A stretch of DNA of 64,000 nucleotides from contig BCKZ01000003.1 of NCBI GenBank assembly GCA_001600815.1, forward strand, positions 562,581 through 626,580, read 5' to 3'. Below the pieces are notes generated by a model that made no database searches, was not told the DNA's origin, and worked only from the letters and a program-made list of their open reading frames with translations. Positions 51,733 to 62,159 of this stretch are shown here, piece by piece. The translations under genes and the position numbers were made by a program. How positions within the stretch are numbered: the stretch's first letter is position 1; every line of letters starts with the position of its first letter. This DNA is from Alloascoidea hylecoeti (lineage: Eukaryota).

Positions 51733-53274
51733 TTATAGTCTCTTCCCAGGAACCAATGCAAAAATACAAGTCATTATAGCAACAGAAATTGCAATAATAA
51801 CAGAAACAAAACCAGATCTTTTTAATAATAATTTATAAACAAAAGGTTCTTTTATTTTAACCATCATTCTACTTAATGAAAACCAATTTCGATTTTTTTT
51901 ATTAATTTGAAATGAAGAAAAATTTGGTTCACTTGGTGAATCTTTTTCATTTGTTGGTAAAATTGTTGTTGTATTATCCATTGTATTTATATCAGCTTGT
52001 GATGAATAACCAATTTGTTCAGAATATCCAAGCCACATTACAATTGGGTCTAAATTATATAAGGAGCAAATGATATAATATAAGCCAATACCAAAAGGTA
52101 TTATTACAGAAACTCTTGTTGATTTTGGTTTCCAATCTAAAAAGATAAAGATAAAACCAAGCCAAAATCCAACCCATAAACAAACAAGTCCAACAACTAA
52201 ACGTATTAATGAACCTTGTGGTGATAAATTACCTAAAGCTTTATATTGTAAAAAAATTGGAAAAGCATCCTTTTCCATTGCTTGAAATACATATTCTCTT
52301 GCTTCGTCAAAGACTTCAGGATCATCTCTACCTTCAATTTCAACGGCATGTCTTACGGATTGAATAATATGAGGAGGTATAACGATCTCACGTTCAGCAC
52401 CTGGGATGAAATAAGTAACTAGTAAGCGACGAGAAGAATCTCTAATATCTTGACGAGATACAAAAGTAGTTGTGTTTGGGCCTTTTGAAGAACTTGGAAA
52501 AAGTTGTTCTAATAATTCTGGAGTGATTGTTCTTTTATGATTTGGTTTTAAATCTTCAGCAGATTGTTGTGGTTGTTGTTTATTATCATTTACATTTAGA
52601 TTTGTTTCAGTTTGTGGATTGGGTTGTAGTTGTTGTGGATCAGATTGTGCATGTTGAGGGAAAGCATTTTCGGAAGGAGTTGTTGGGGATTGGATAGAAC
52701 TTCGGAAGGAATCTCTTAGCAATTGAGATTTAGCTCTAATGCTTGATAAGCGTTGCTCATCAGGTTCAAAGTTTGAGCTTGTATGGGAGTATCTATCGTA
52801 AACTTTTGAAGGAGATTCGAGTTCCTGGTTGCGCAAGTGGTCGGGCATCTCAGCGTACTGCTCAATGAGCTGCGTGACACGGAACAGCTTCTCGTCGTCG
52901 CCCGGGAGAAGTTCGTCACCTCTCAGGAAGCAGGAGAGCCTGTGGGCGTCGTTGTCGTCGAGCACCCCCCCTTGGATGAGGGCGTCCAGCAAAACCGAGG
53001 AGGAGGTTGACTTGTGGGTGTCATTCTGGGCCTGGGCCTGTGGAGGGTGGGCCTCGTCGGAGAGCATGATGGACTGGCGCAGGCCACGGACGTAGTAACG
53101 GCACAGAGAGAGGTGCTGGACGGCATCCAGCCAGAAGTCCAGGTAGTCAATGGAACGCTGCTCGTCGCGCATAAACAGGTAGAAGGACCACAGATCGACG
53201 GGCGCACATGTTTTTCGGTTGAGGACCTCGTACAACGTGGGCAGACGTTGCAAGGCAGAAGTGGTGGAGGACAT
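51733..53274 (-). CDS. RAX1: Bud-site selection protein Rax1 (RGS domain plus 3 TM helices)
   Basis: RLPTLYEVLNRKTCAPVDLWSFYLFMRDEQRSIDYLDFWLD; YFIPGAEREI; EGRDDPEVFDEAREYVFQAME; C-terminal TMs ending VPGKRL. Confidence 0.92.
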   Translation of the reverse strand: MSSTTSALQRLPTLYEVLNRKTCAPVDLWSFYLFMRDEQRSIDYLDFWLDAVQHLSLCRYYVRGLRQSIMLSDEAHPPQAQAQNDTHKSTSSSVLLDALIQGGVLDDNDAHRLSCFLRGDELLPGDDEKLFRVTQLIEQYAEMPDHLRNQELESPSKVYDRYSHTSSNFEPDEQRLSSIRAKSQLLRDSFRSSIQSPTTPSENAFPQHAQSDPQQLQPNPQTETNLNVNDNKQQPQQSAEDLKPNHKRTITPELLEQLFPSSSKGPNTTTFVSRQDIRDSSRRLLVTYFIPGAEREIVIPPHIIQSVRHAVEIEGRDDPEVFDEAREYVFQAMEKDAFPIFLQYKALGNLSPQGSLIRLVVGLVCLWVGFWLGFIFIFLDWKPKSTRVSVIIPFGIGLYYIICSLYNLDPIVMWLGYSEQIGYSSQADINTMDNTTTILPTNEKDSPSEPNFSSFQINKKNRNWFSLSRMMVKIKEPFVYKLLLKRSGFVSVIIAISVAIMTCIFALVPGKRL

Positions 53275-53464
53275 AAGAAAAGAGCGAACAGAGTGGGTGT
53301 CTTGTCACAAACAAGCTGGGAGCAAACACCACTGAAGGAGGCGGCCCGGGAATGTCACGCCCGCGTAAACCTCAGCACGCACCACCCAGCTCGCGTACAC
53401 CCACACGCCCGCGGCCTTGTCTATTTATATCCTCCACCTCTTGTTGCTGGGAAGAAAAGCAACT

Positions 53465-53776
53465 ATGACCGTCCCTGCCGTGGCCCTGGCTGCCCTCGCA
53501 CGCCCCCTGGCTGCCCTGCCCCTGGCTGCCCTCGCACGCCCCCTCGCACGCTCCGTCCTTCCCCTCGCGTGCTCCCTGCTGCCCTGCAGGCCCTTCGAGA
53601 CCAAGACCGCTTCCGAGGAAAACAACGAACAGGCTTTTGAAAGAAGAAAGAAGAGAAACGAGGAGTACTTCATCCGCCAGGAGGAAGCCCAGAAACTGGC
53701 CGCTCTACGTCTGCACCTGAGAAAGCCAAAAGAATCCACTGCTCAAGAAGAGATCGACTCTAAAACTAAAAACTAG
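53465..53776 (+). CDS. INH1: Mitochondrial F1F0 ATPase inhibitor (IF1/Inh1/Stf1 family), 103 aa
   Basis: Arg/Leu/Ala-rich presequence, then AFERRKKRNEEYFIRQEEAQKLAALRLHL, matching the IF1 F.KRE...E.Y.IRQ.E.E.L..LR pattern. ATG at 53465. Confidence 0.72.
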   Translation: MTVPAVALAALARPLAALPLAALARPLARSVLPLACSLLPCRPFETKTASEENNEQAFERRKKRNEEYFIRQEEAQKLAALRLHLRKPKESTAQEEIDSKTKN

Positions 53777-53938
53777 AACCATCCCATCCATTAGATCAGA
53801 TATGCTTATGCCTTATGTTTATGATTAGTTATGCCTTATGACTTTTTTTTATTATGAAACTGTATGATCATTATTTACTATAATTAAATAATTAAATAAT
53901 TAAATAATTTATAAACCTATAAATTTATAAATCTTAAA

Positions 53939-54275
53939 TTAAAGACTTTCAACAGCTCCTGAAATATATTTTTCAAAATCAAAATTTGCATCACTTAAAT
54001 CTAATGTTGTTGAATTTGTCGAAACTGGTTTTGGATTTAATTTAATATATTCTTTTTTGGCTTCTTCAATTAATTTTAATTTTAAATTCCATTCATTTTC
54101 TGATGCTTTTTTAATTGCTGATGATTGTAATGTTGATCGATGATAAAATCCATAAAATACTCCTGCTCCAACAGCTGACCATCTTAAAACCTAAATCATC
54201 ACCATTAGTTAATAAATAGTAATTGATTAACAATTAATCAGGATAGTTTCTTACATTAACAACAGGGGATGCCAT
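53939..54275 (-). CDS. TIM11: ATP synthase subunit e (90 aa, 1 intron; missing from the ORF track)
   Basis: Exon 1 54275-54255 MASPVVN; intron 54254-54191 (GTAAGA..ACTAAT..TAG); exon 2 VLRWSAVGAGVFYGFYHRSTL...LIEEAKKEY...DFEKYISGAVESL*, with the GxxxG dimerisation motif. Confidence 0.9.
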
Positions 54276-54456
54276 TTTATCTTTTCTCTAAATGTAACGT
54301 AAATTGCAGAAAATGAATTAACTCGTCTTGATTTGCCGGCACTCATTTCGTAAAGGGTGTCCGGTGGTCCCAAATATATACCATTCTGTAATATACGCAC
54401 CATTCCTTCCACATCACTATCATATCATAATCAATCGATTAATATCAAATCAAAAG

Positions 54457-55115
54457 ATGAACATTCTTACTTTATTTTTAAATCTTTTTATTTTTAATTA
54501 TGTTTCGGCATTAGACATTCAATTATATGCAAAAGATTTAATATCTTCATCAATCAATCAATTTGGTTTAATTTCTTATGATTATGATTCAAATGATTAC
54601 CGGTATACTGCAACTTTTGTTAAAAATGATAATTTTAAAATAAGTGAAACAAGTAATGGTGGGTTTTGTATTGGAATTATTGATAATTCTGATAATTTTA
54701 AATGTCAAAGTATAGCAAAGGTAAGATATTTTTTAACTTCTGCCGTGTAAGTTAATTTACTAATATGAAATAGCTTGGATATCCATTAAATGGTGAAATT
54801 ACATTAACTACATTAAATGATGGATCAATTAAACATATTGATTATTCACCATATAATCATATCCCACAATCATCTAAAAATAAAATAAAACCAAAATCCA
54901 TCACAAAAGATGAAAATAAAGATGAAAAAGATAAAATTAATGTTAGAATATCAATTTCTAAAAAAAGTATAACACCACCTTTAAAAAATAAAATTAAATT
55001 AATTGATAATAAAGAACCAGAACCTGAAGTTCCTAAATCATTTATACAAAAATATTGGATGTTTTTAACAATTCCTTTGGTTTTAATGACTCTTGGTGGT
55101 GGAGCTGGTGAATAA
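54457..55115 (+). CDS. EMC10: ER membrane complex subunit 10 (201 aa, 1 intron)
   Basis: Signal peptide MNILTLFLNLFIFNYVSA; FCIG..C; intron 54721-54773 (GTAAGA..TACTAAT..TAG); C-terminal EPEVPKSFIQKYWMFLTIPLVLMTLGGG. Confidence 0.85.
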
Positions 55116-56629
55116 TTAAACCAATCAATTGCAAATTTAGATAGATTGAATATATTATTGCTATTTATATAATCATAGAAACGAATCAGTAATTTTGTTT
55201 GGAATTTAAGATTTAAGATTATAAATATTTTTGTTTGACGTTTCAAAATAAATATTATTATGTTTTAGAGATAAATCATAATCATAATTAAGCAAAGCCA
55301 CTTGAAAAGCTAATGTCAACCATGTTACACTAATTTATTTCCTAAAAACTTCTTGATAACGTTTAATATTATCATCATTCAAAAATTATGTCAAAAATGG
55401 AACATTCATGTCATAGTTTTAAAGGATTAGATTCTTACACACGCTTATAGTTAAACCAAATAAATTATGATCAAATCAGTTTCAGATCTTATTTAAATGA
55501 TCTTCAAAACTTAATTTGACTCCAATTTCTTTCAAAGATTTATTAGCATGTACATCATTCCCTCGAGCTCATAAATCTTCAAAACGTTTTACCCAAAAAA
55601 TACTTTTGGCAAATCCCTTATGTTTTACCTCAAAATGTAATCAATCAATCAATCAATCAATGTATAATTATATTAGTTTTCATTATGCTTTGCTAATATT
55701 AAACCATCATCCACCGTAAATAATTACCTTTAAATTAGTTTCAAGATTATGGAAAACACAAGTTTCAATCGCAGAATTAATAAGTTCTATCTTATTTGGT
55801 GCTATTCGTAATGTTTGATACCAATTTACATACACGGGGCTTAGAAAAGTCATATGGCAGGTTCTGGTTTCAAGATTCTGAATACCGATAGATGGCTGTA
55901 CAGTACTTGTTTACATAAAAATTACTCAGAAATCTTGTGCTTACATCAAATTAATTAATCTTTGATGTTAGGATATTGAATTATAAACAATCTGAAGAAA
56001 CTATAATTTGCTAAGAGAGAAAAGTCTCTACAAAATTAATATATTTTTCTTATTCCTTCACGACAAGTTAAATACTTGTACAATATACAAATTAAATATT
56101 TTCTACAAGTAGATGGCATACGTAATTTATATTTATACTCGGATACCACAACATTGTTCTGTTGTAACCACAGATTACAAAGTCAGCAACAAAGATAAAT
56201 GATTATTTTAATCATTATTTTTTCAATATTCTCTCTTTGTGATTTTTTCTATGATCTGAGAATTTTTCCATAATTTAATTTAGCGCTTTGACATTCATAA
56301 AACGCAATTTTTAATTACACCATGATAAGTTATACTGTAGATTTTTTCTTAAAGTGGTTATCATAGTGTAATGTAATAATTAAGAAGATCTATAACATTC
56401 CAAAATATGAAAAAAGTTTCCAAATCGCCGCAACTCAGAAGTTCCATTTTGAATTTAATCACCACCAAAATCGAAAGCTTCTAATCTTGGAGAGCAAGAG
56501 TTCATTTGACGACTTGATATTTTTGTAAAAATGGTTATCTCGCTAATATAGAGTTGTTTCCACAAGCTAATTGATCAAATTAAGCTTACGAAGTGTAAGT
56601 TCAAATACCCAGACAGAGATTTTAGGGTG

Positions 56630-56875
56630 TTATTATTTCAAATTTCCATCAGAGTACTCGAACATCCTTTAAAAACTATTCGAAGTTGAATTCATAGATC
56701 AGGAAGGTATATATAATTCTACAGAAATTACATGTTTTAGTTGTGTGTCACTATCAGAAGATTGGAGATAATGGGTTTAATACGTTAAATCGTAGAAGAA
56801 AGCTCACAAAAATGGCCAAGCAAAGTTTACAAAAAGAAAATTTCAAACAAAAAATTATCAGATTTTTAAAATTAC
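56630..56875. repeat. Dispersed repeat X, partial copy
   Basis: aatttccatcagagtactcgaacatcctttaaaaactattcgaag...aagattggagataatggg.ttaatacgttaaatcgtagaagaa...gtttacaaaa...tatcaga. Confidence 0.7.
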
Positions 56876-57058
56876 ACCACAATTAAAAGAGAAAATCAAA
56901 CAAGATATATTTATAAGAATATAAAAAATACAAATAAATTAGAACATTTCAATGAATTTATAGTTATTTCTTGGAATTTTAGCCACTCAGATCTGCTCAC
57001 GTATGATAAAAATTTGTTTTAATAAGTTTAGATATAGTATAGTTGTATGAAATATTAA

Positions 57059-57247
57059 TTAACATTTACATTCATTTTCACATTTGAAATTATCACCACA
57101 AGAACAATTCTTTATTTTTGAACATTTGCATAACGATCCACAACTTGAACAAGAGCATGTTTTTGAAGTATTTTGAGATTTAGAATATTGGAAGATTTTT
57201 CCACAAACACACACACAAGTAGAAGAACAAGAACAAGAACAGGTCAT
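57059..57247 (-). CDS. Metallothionein (62 aa, 16 Cys)
   Basis: MTCSCSCSSTCVCVCGK...CSCSSCGSLCKCSK..CSCGDNFKCENECKC: CxC clusters, AAAATG start context, TATAAA-like element about 90 bp upstream. Confidence 0.85.
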   Translation of the reverse strand: MTCSCSCSSTCVCVCGKIFQYSKSQNTSKTCSCSSCGSLCKCSKIKNCSCGDNFKCENECKC

Positions 57248-57559
57248 TTTAGTTTTGTTTTGTAGATGATATTTTATTTGAAAGTAAGTAATTTAAAACT
57301 GGTTTTTGATTTTGTTTAATATAGATGAATTTAATTATTTATAAAAAGAAGAAAAGAGGAGATTTTACCAACTATTTATACATATGGTAAAGACTATTGG
57401 AAAGCACAAATTTCTCAGTTTTAAGTTTTATATAAAAAATGAAGGAGAACAATGCACGCTGCTTATCAAAATAAATGTTTTTAAGTAAAAGCACAAACCT
57501 CTCAATTGTATTCATACACATTAAAATATTGAGCGAAATGCATATATAAGTTTTACGGC

Positions 57560-58210
57560 CAAATTAAGTCTAAAATTGTGCTTTTTTGGAAGCCACTCCA
57601 AATAGAATCTCATCTTTTCAAATGCATCACAAAAATACTTATAGAATACTGTTAAGTGAGATTTCTGGAAATTATAGTCCTAAAAACCAATTGCAATCAG
57701 TTAAGTAGATTGAAATATTTAATCTAAGTAAACATCCAAATGGCTTCTCAATTTTGACAAAAGGCTAACACTTAATATTACATCTTCAACCTTGGGCTTC
57801 ACACCAACAGCCGATGTAACATGCCCTCTAAAAGAGTACAAAACAAATTATGAGGTTGTAAATGTTTCCACATTTAATACATTTAATGAACTGACTTCAA
57901 AGTTCAACAATGATATTTTAATGACTATCCGAATAACCCACTTGTCAAAATATAAATCTGGAACATTTTTCGTGAGAAAAATACCTTCTCTGAAGAGGAC
58001 CCAAAGGAAGAAAAAATTATGGTCTGTAAAGAGATCGGAATAGTTTTAGGACGATTAGGGTGGTGATGTATTCAATAATGAATGTTTGGGGCTACAGGAT
58101 CCAGGTCTAGAAAAGTATATTTTAGACGACAATCAGGTCAGGCTTTGAAACCTCAAAAGATTTATAATACAAAGATTTTTGAGTATGTGAGTTTTATGGT
58201 ATAGACTTAG
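57560..58210 (+). mobile_element. Tc1-like family 2 relic
   Basis: KNQLQSVK*IEIFNLSKH..GFSI; SGTFFVRKIPSLKRTQRK; ttagacgacaatcaggtcaggctttgaaacctcaaaa (RRQSGQAFEPQ-like); colinear with the other copies. Confidence 0.65.
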
Positions 58211-58457
58211 TTTTTGGGAGGAGTTCATTAGATCGATCTCAGATATATGTTTAATATTCTAAGCTTTAAGATCATGTAAATCTATTTGAAGAACTATAAT
58301 TGATTATGAAATTTCGATTTTGCAATTGAACTATTACCACCCATCACTTAATTAATTAATAATTTAAATAACCTTCTCATGAAATTCAATTATTATACAT
58401 ATTTGTTAACATATTTCTAACTATCCCAAAACCTAAACTACACATTTTACTGATATC

Positions 58458-59252
58458 ATGGATATTAATGAGTTGCTTAATCCAGACCAAGATACATTAG
58501 ACGACAGACTTAATACAAATGTTACACCAGCGGCTAATTCCCCATTAATTATAAAAAATACTACCTCAGCTACAGTATCAAGAAGACAAATATATCCGTA
58601 CTATTTAGACAGAACACTCCAGGAAAATAGCAAAGTCTTTAATGGAAATGGAGGTACTCGTGGTTGGTTTAGATATTGCATGCACTGGTTTGATCTTGAC
58701 ATTGGATACTATTGCACAAAAGAACAAGAATTAAAATATGCAATCTGGTTATACTTTAAGGTCAAACTCAAAATCCCTTTATATCAAAAATGGTCATATA
58801 AAAATCAATATCATTATGGCTGTAATAATTGTGGTGAAACTATAATTACTTTTATTCTTAAAAACTCACAAATGGAATTTGATTCTACCGCTGTAACACA
58901 AAAATGGGAAGTTAAATATATTGATAGAAATCATAATGTGTATTGTGATATGCATAAAAAGAGTAATGGTACACCTCTAAAAATAAAATGTATCTATTTA
59001 GATGACCTAGTACAAACTATCAAAAATAAAGAGGATAGGGTTAATATTCAATCGGAAATACGCAAAATAACCGTCGATATTTTGCAGGACATATATCACG
59101 GAAGAACTTTCCGCTCTTCAATCATGACATTCACAGTGATTACTTATTATGGAAATATATATGAATTGAATACTGATGAACTTACTTATAATGAAATAAG
59201 AAAGGACAGAGATTACCTTTTTAAAATAACACGCAGAACTTTTAATCAATGA
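58458..59252 (+). CDS. Orphan zinc-finger family copy E (264 aa, intact)
   Basis: ATG-initiated; YGCNNC...QKWEVKYIDRNHNVYC...IRKITVDILQDIY. Confidence 0.78.
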   Translation: MDINELLNPDQDTLDDRLNTNVTPAANSPLIIKNTTSATVSRRQIYPYYLDRTLQENSKVFNGNGGTRGWFRYCMHWFDLDIGYYCTKEQELKYAIWLYFKVKLKIPLYQKWSYKNQYHYGCNNCGETIITFILKNSQMEFDSTAVTQKWEVKYIDRNHNVYCDMHKKSNGTPLKIKCIYLDDLVQTIKNKEDRVNIQSEIRKITVDILQDIYHGRTFRSSIMTFTVITYYGNIYELNTDELTYNEIRKDRDYLFKITRRTFNQ

Positions 59253-59399
59253 ATTACAATACATAATTTTATAAATAAATTTTCTTTCTCTTATATACAT
59301 GTAAGTTATAACAGAAAAATCGCTAATTACAAAAGTAGAGGTATAAGATACAACCGTTAATAAAATATTTTTTGATCGTCCTAATGGTTGTTTATATTA

Positions 59400-59560
59400 T
59401 CTCATATTTCAACCACAGTTTTCAAAGATCCCTTAAAAACTATTAAACGTGGAATTCAGACTTGTAAGTTGTAAGATGGGAAGTCCTGATTACACATGAA
59501 TTTCCGGTGACAGCTAAGTTAAGAAAAATGTGTGTCGGGAGATTGGATCTTATACGTTAA
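59400..59560. repeat. Dispersed repeat X, partial copy
   Basis: ccacagttttcaaagatcccttaaaaactatt...ggaattca...aaaatgtgtgtcgggagattgga..ttatacgttaa. Confidence 0.65.
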
Positions 59561-59849
59561 CTCAACCGAATACTGCCATCGACGGTATAACTATAAGTTG
59601 CAATTGTCATATTCCAATATGATGACTTTAAATTTGATTCTAGAAAGGAAGGAATTAATTGAAGTACTTAAAACTATGTTTCTGGATGAAAAAAATGCTG
59701 ATTATTAAGTTGCACAAAAACGGTAAATATCCAGTTAATTTCTGCAGACTCATTGACTTGATGATCAAATCCAAATTTTCAAAGAAGATTGTGGGATATC
59801 TTAAGCCCCAATCTCGATTTTCATCAGCAAAAGCTTTCGTCAACATTGT

Positions 59850-60285
59850 TAAAAGTTTCATCCTTTAATCTTTCTTTTCGAGTTTTAGAAGCAGCATTGG
59901 TAATATCATTTCCGACAACAGTAAAATAACAAATGGCTAGTTTCAAACGACTACCATTGACTCTCTGTGGTGATTGGTATCCAACTGGAGTAATTAGTTT
60001 ATACTTATTATTTTCATATCATAATTCTGCTGGGACTTTGATGTTTTAATTCTTTCTCGTAGAACCCAGGAATCAGATATTAAATACCCCAGAACGTGAT
60101 CAATATGCACGGTCACATGAAGTTGTTGCTACACATTGTATTGTTATGATGTTTGGATGTTAGGGAGCTCTGTTTTTGAAGGTGCATGGTGACGTAAGTC
60201 CCTGACCTAGTCCGCAATGACTGCCACTTTAAATTGGTGTTAAAGTTGCAAATGATCAGGGCGAATCATACCCTTCAATATTCTT
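59850..60285 (-). mobile_element. Ty3/gypsy-type integrase relic
   Basis: Minus strand VTVHIDHVLG (catalytic D context), SWVLRERIKTSK, and NNKYKLITPVGYQSPQRVNGSRLKLA (GPY/F-SH3 C-terminal module, consensus N.TYKL.T..G....VNGSRLK). Internally deleted. Confidence 0.55.
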
Positions 60286-62159
60286 CAATTAATTAATAAG
60301 TGAATGAATACTAACTAACGTTTAAAATCTATATAGTTTGTTCTTTAAAGATTTTGAAAATTTGTCTAAGAAAAAGGAGTGGATATTTAGACTTGAAACG
60401 TATCACACATATTAAACGTTTACATTTTAATACTATTCCGAAAATATAATTATAATCAATATACATATGGTTAGTTTTTCTAGAAGCTTTAACCAGCCCT
60501 CGAGCTATAATATATCAATATATATCTAATAAGAATCTTGTGATCATGTACTGATTGGAATTATGCGAATATGTATAAATTGATTTTAACTTTTTCTTAT
60601 ATTATCATGAGCCGAGCATTCCAATTGGCCGCGCGCAGAATTAAAAGGGTAGGATCGATTCTAGGTCTTAAGGATAACATATAATAATCGACTGATGTTT
60701 ATATGATTTTCCCGCGCGCGCCGCAGATAAGTTAGGCAGATCTAGGGTAAATTAGAATTGTGTCACAGCAGGCCGAAGGGTATGCAATTATAAGTGTAAG
60801 TTCGACGTCTTAGTTTTAAGGAGATGAGCATCTTCAATCGTGAATAAATATGAGCTATAAATTTAAGCCTATTTGTAAGGATTAATATTCAATTAAAATT
60901 AACTACTCGAGCTCAAGTCGTAGCTCTAAATAAATCTTCGGCTGTATGTCTACATGTAAAGCTTCTGTAGCGCCCATTAGCCGGCCTTTAAATTTACCAT
61001 GATATCTGTGATTGTCATTGTCATAACTATATGCATACAACATGTTGTTGGTTATATTTTAAATTATAATCAGCATCGTGGGTGTAATAAAATGGGTTAT
61101 TTACAAAGAAATAGGTCTATAGATATAGAGTCGTATAACAATGAGGTTTTGTAAGCAAACAATAAAAATATCAGAACAAAAATACAAACTCAACCAAGAA
61201 TGTCAGGGATAACGAAAACACAAAAATCAATAACTTAACCAGAAATGAAGAATCTCTTAAAAGTCAGTCAGATCACATCTCTTAGAATTCTTAGCTTCAA
61301 TGATAACTTGTTACAGTTTAAAGATTTCAAACTTAAAGACCAAAACTTGATAATTTGTATTTCTTCTCTTTTCTACCCTAAATTTATATACGCCTTACTT
61401 TCCGTAACTTTTGATCTATTACATCCGGGTCCACGAAACACAGCAATAGAGCATGATCATGTGACTTCAAAGTCCAAAATTAGGATATATGGTACAAAAT
61501 ATTACAAATGCACTGAAACATCATGTCATGGCTACAATATATTATAATATTAATTCCAACGGTATCATAATTATAAAATGAATTAGCTTTTTAATTTTAA
61601 TTTACATAATCATAGATTCATAATGAAGGATTAATAAATTAATTATTAATTATATAAAAATTGATGCATTTTTTTCCCCACTTGGGCTCGCTTATATTGC
61701 TAAACTGTAAGTTATTTTATGTAATGAATAGAAAACGAACTAACCATCAAATCAAGAATCAACAATCAGCAATCAACAAAAAATTCCAGATAAAAAAAGT
61801 AGAGAATGAAACATAATCTCACAAGATTGAGAAATTTAAGAATGTGTGAGAAATTCAACATGTGAAAGAAACTAACTAACTAATGAGTAAGTCTATAAAA
61901 AACCGAAAAGGCATTTATTTTTTTAAAAGAAAAAGAATCAAATAACCAATTAACCAAAAGTGAAAGTAATTAAAAATCAAAAACATCGTAATTAACGTAA
62001 CCACGAAAACGTAGAAATAAAATATGAAAAAAGTAAGTCATAATGAAATAATTGAAAATAGTTAATATTTTGAAACCATAAATTAACGATGCCGCACAAG
62101 CACACAAAGCTTAAGCCAAGCTCAATGAAAGATTATTATAAAATATGTTATAAAAATAG

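Noticed and set aside
22133..53274. CUG-Ser genetic code
   Set aside because: CTG occurs at conserved Leu positions (Pph3 DLD, Rax1 PVDLW).
53014..53739. 208-aa and 104-aa ORFs overlapping RAX1/INH1
   Set aside because: Stop-poor by-products of the GC island; no recognisable domain.
59655..59861. 68-aa ORF with integrase-like DW...TGYLPF
   Set aside because: It lies downstream of the GPY/F module, the wrong order for an integrase core; possibly chance or rearranged.
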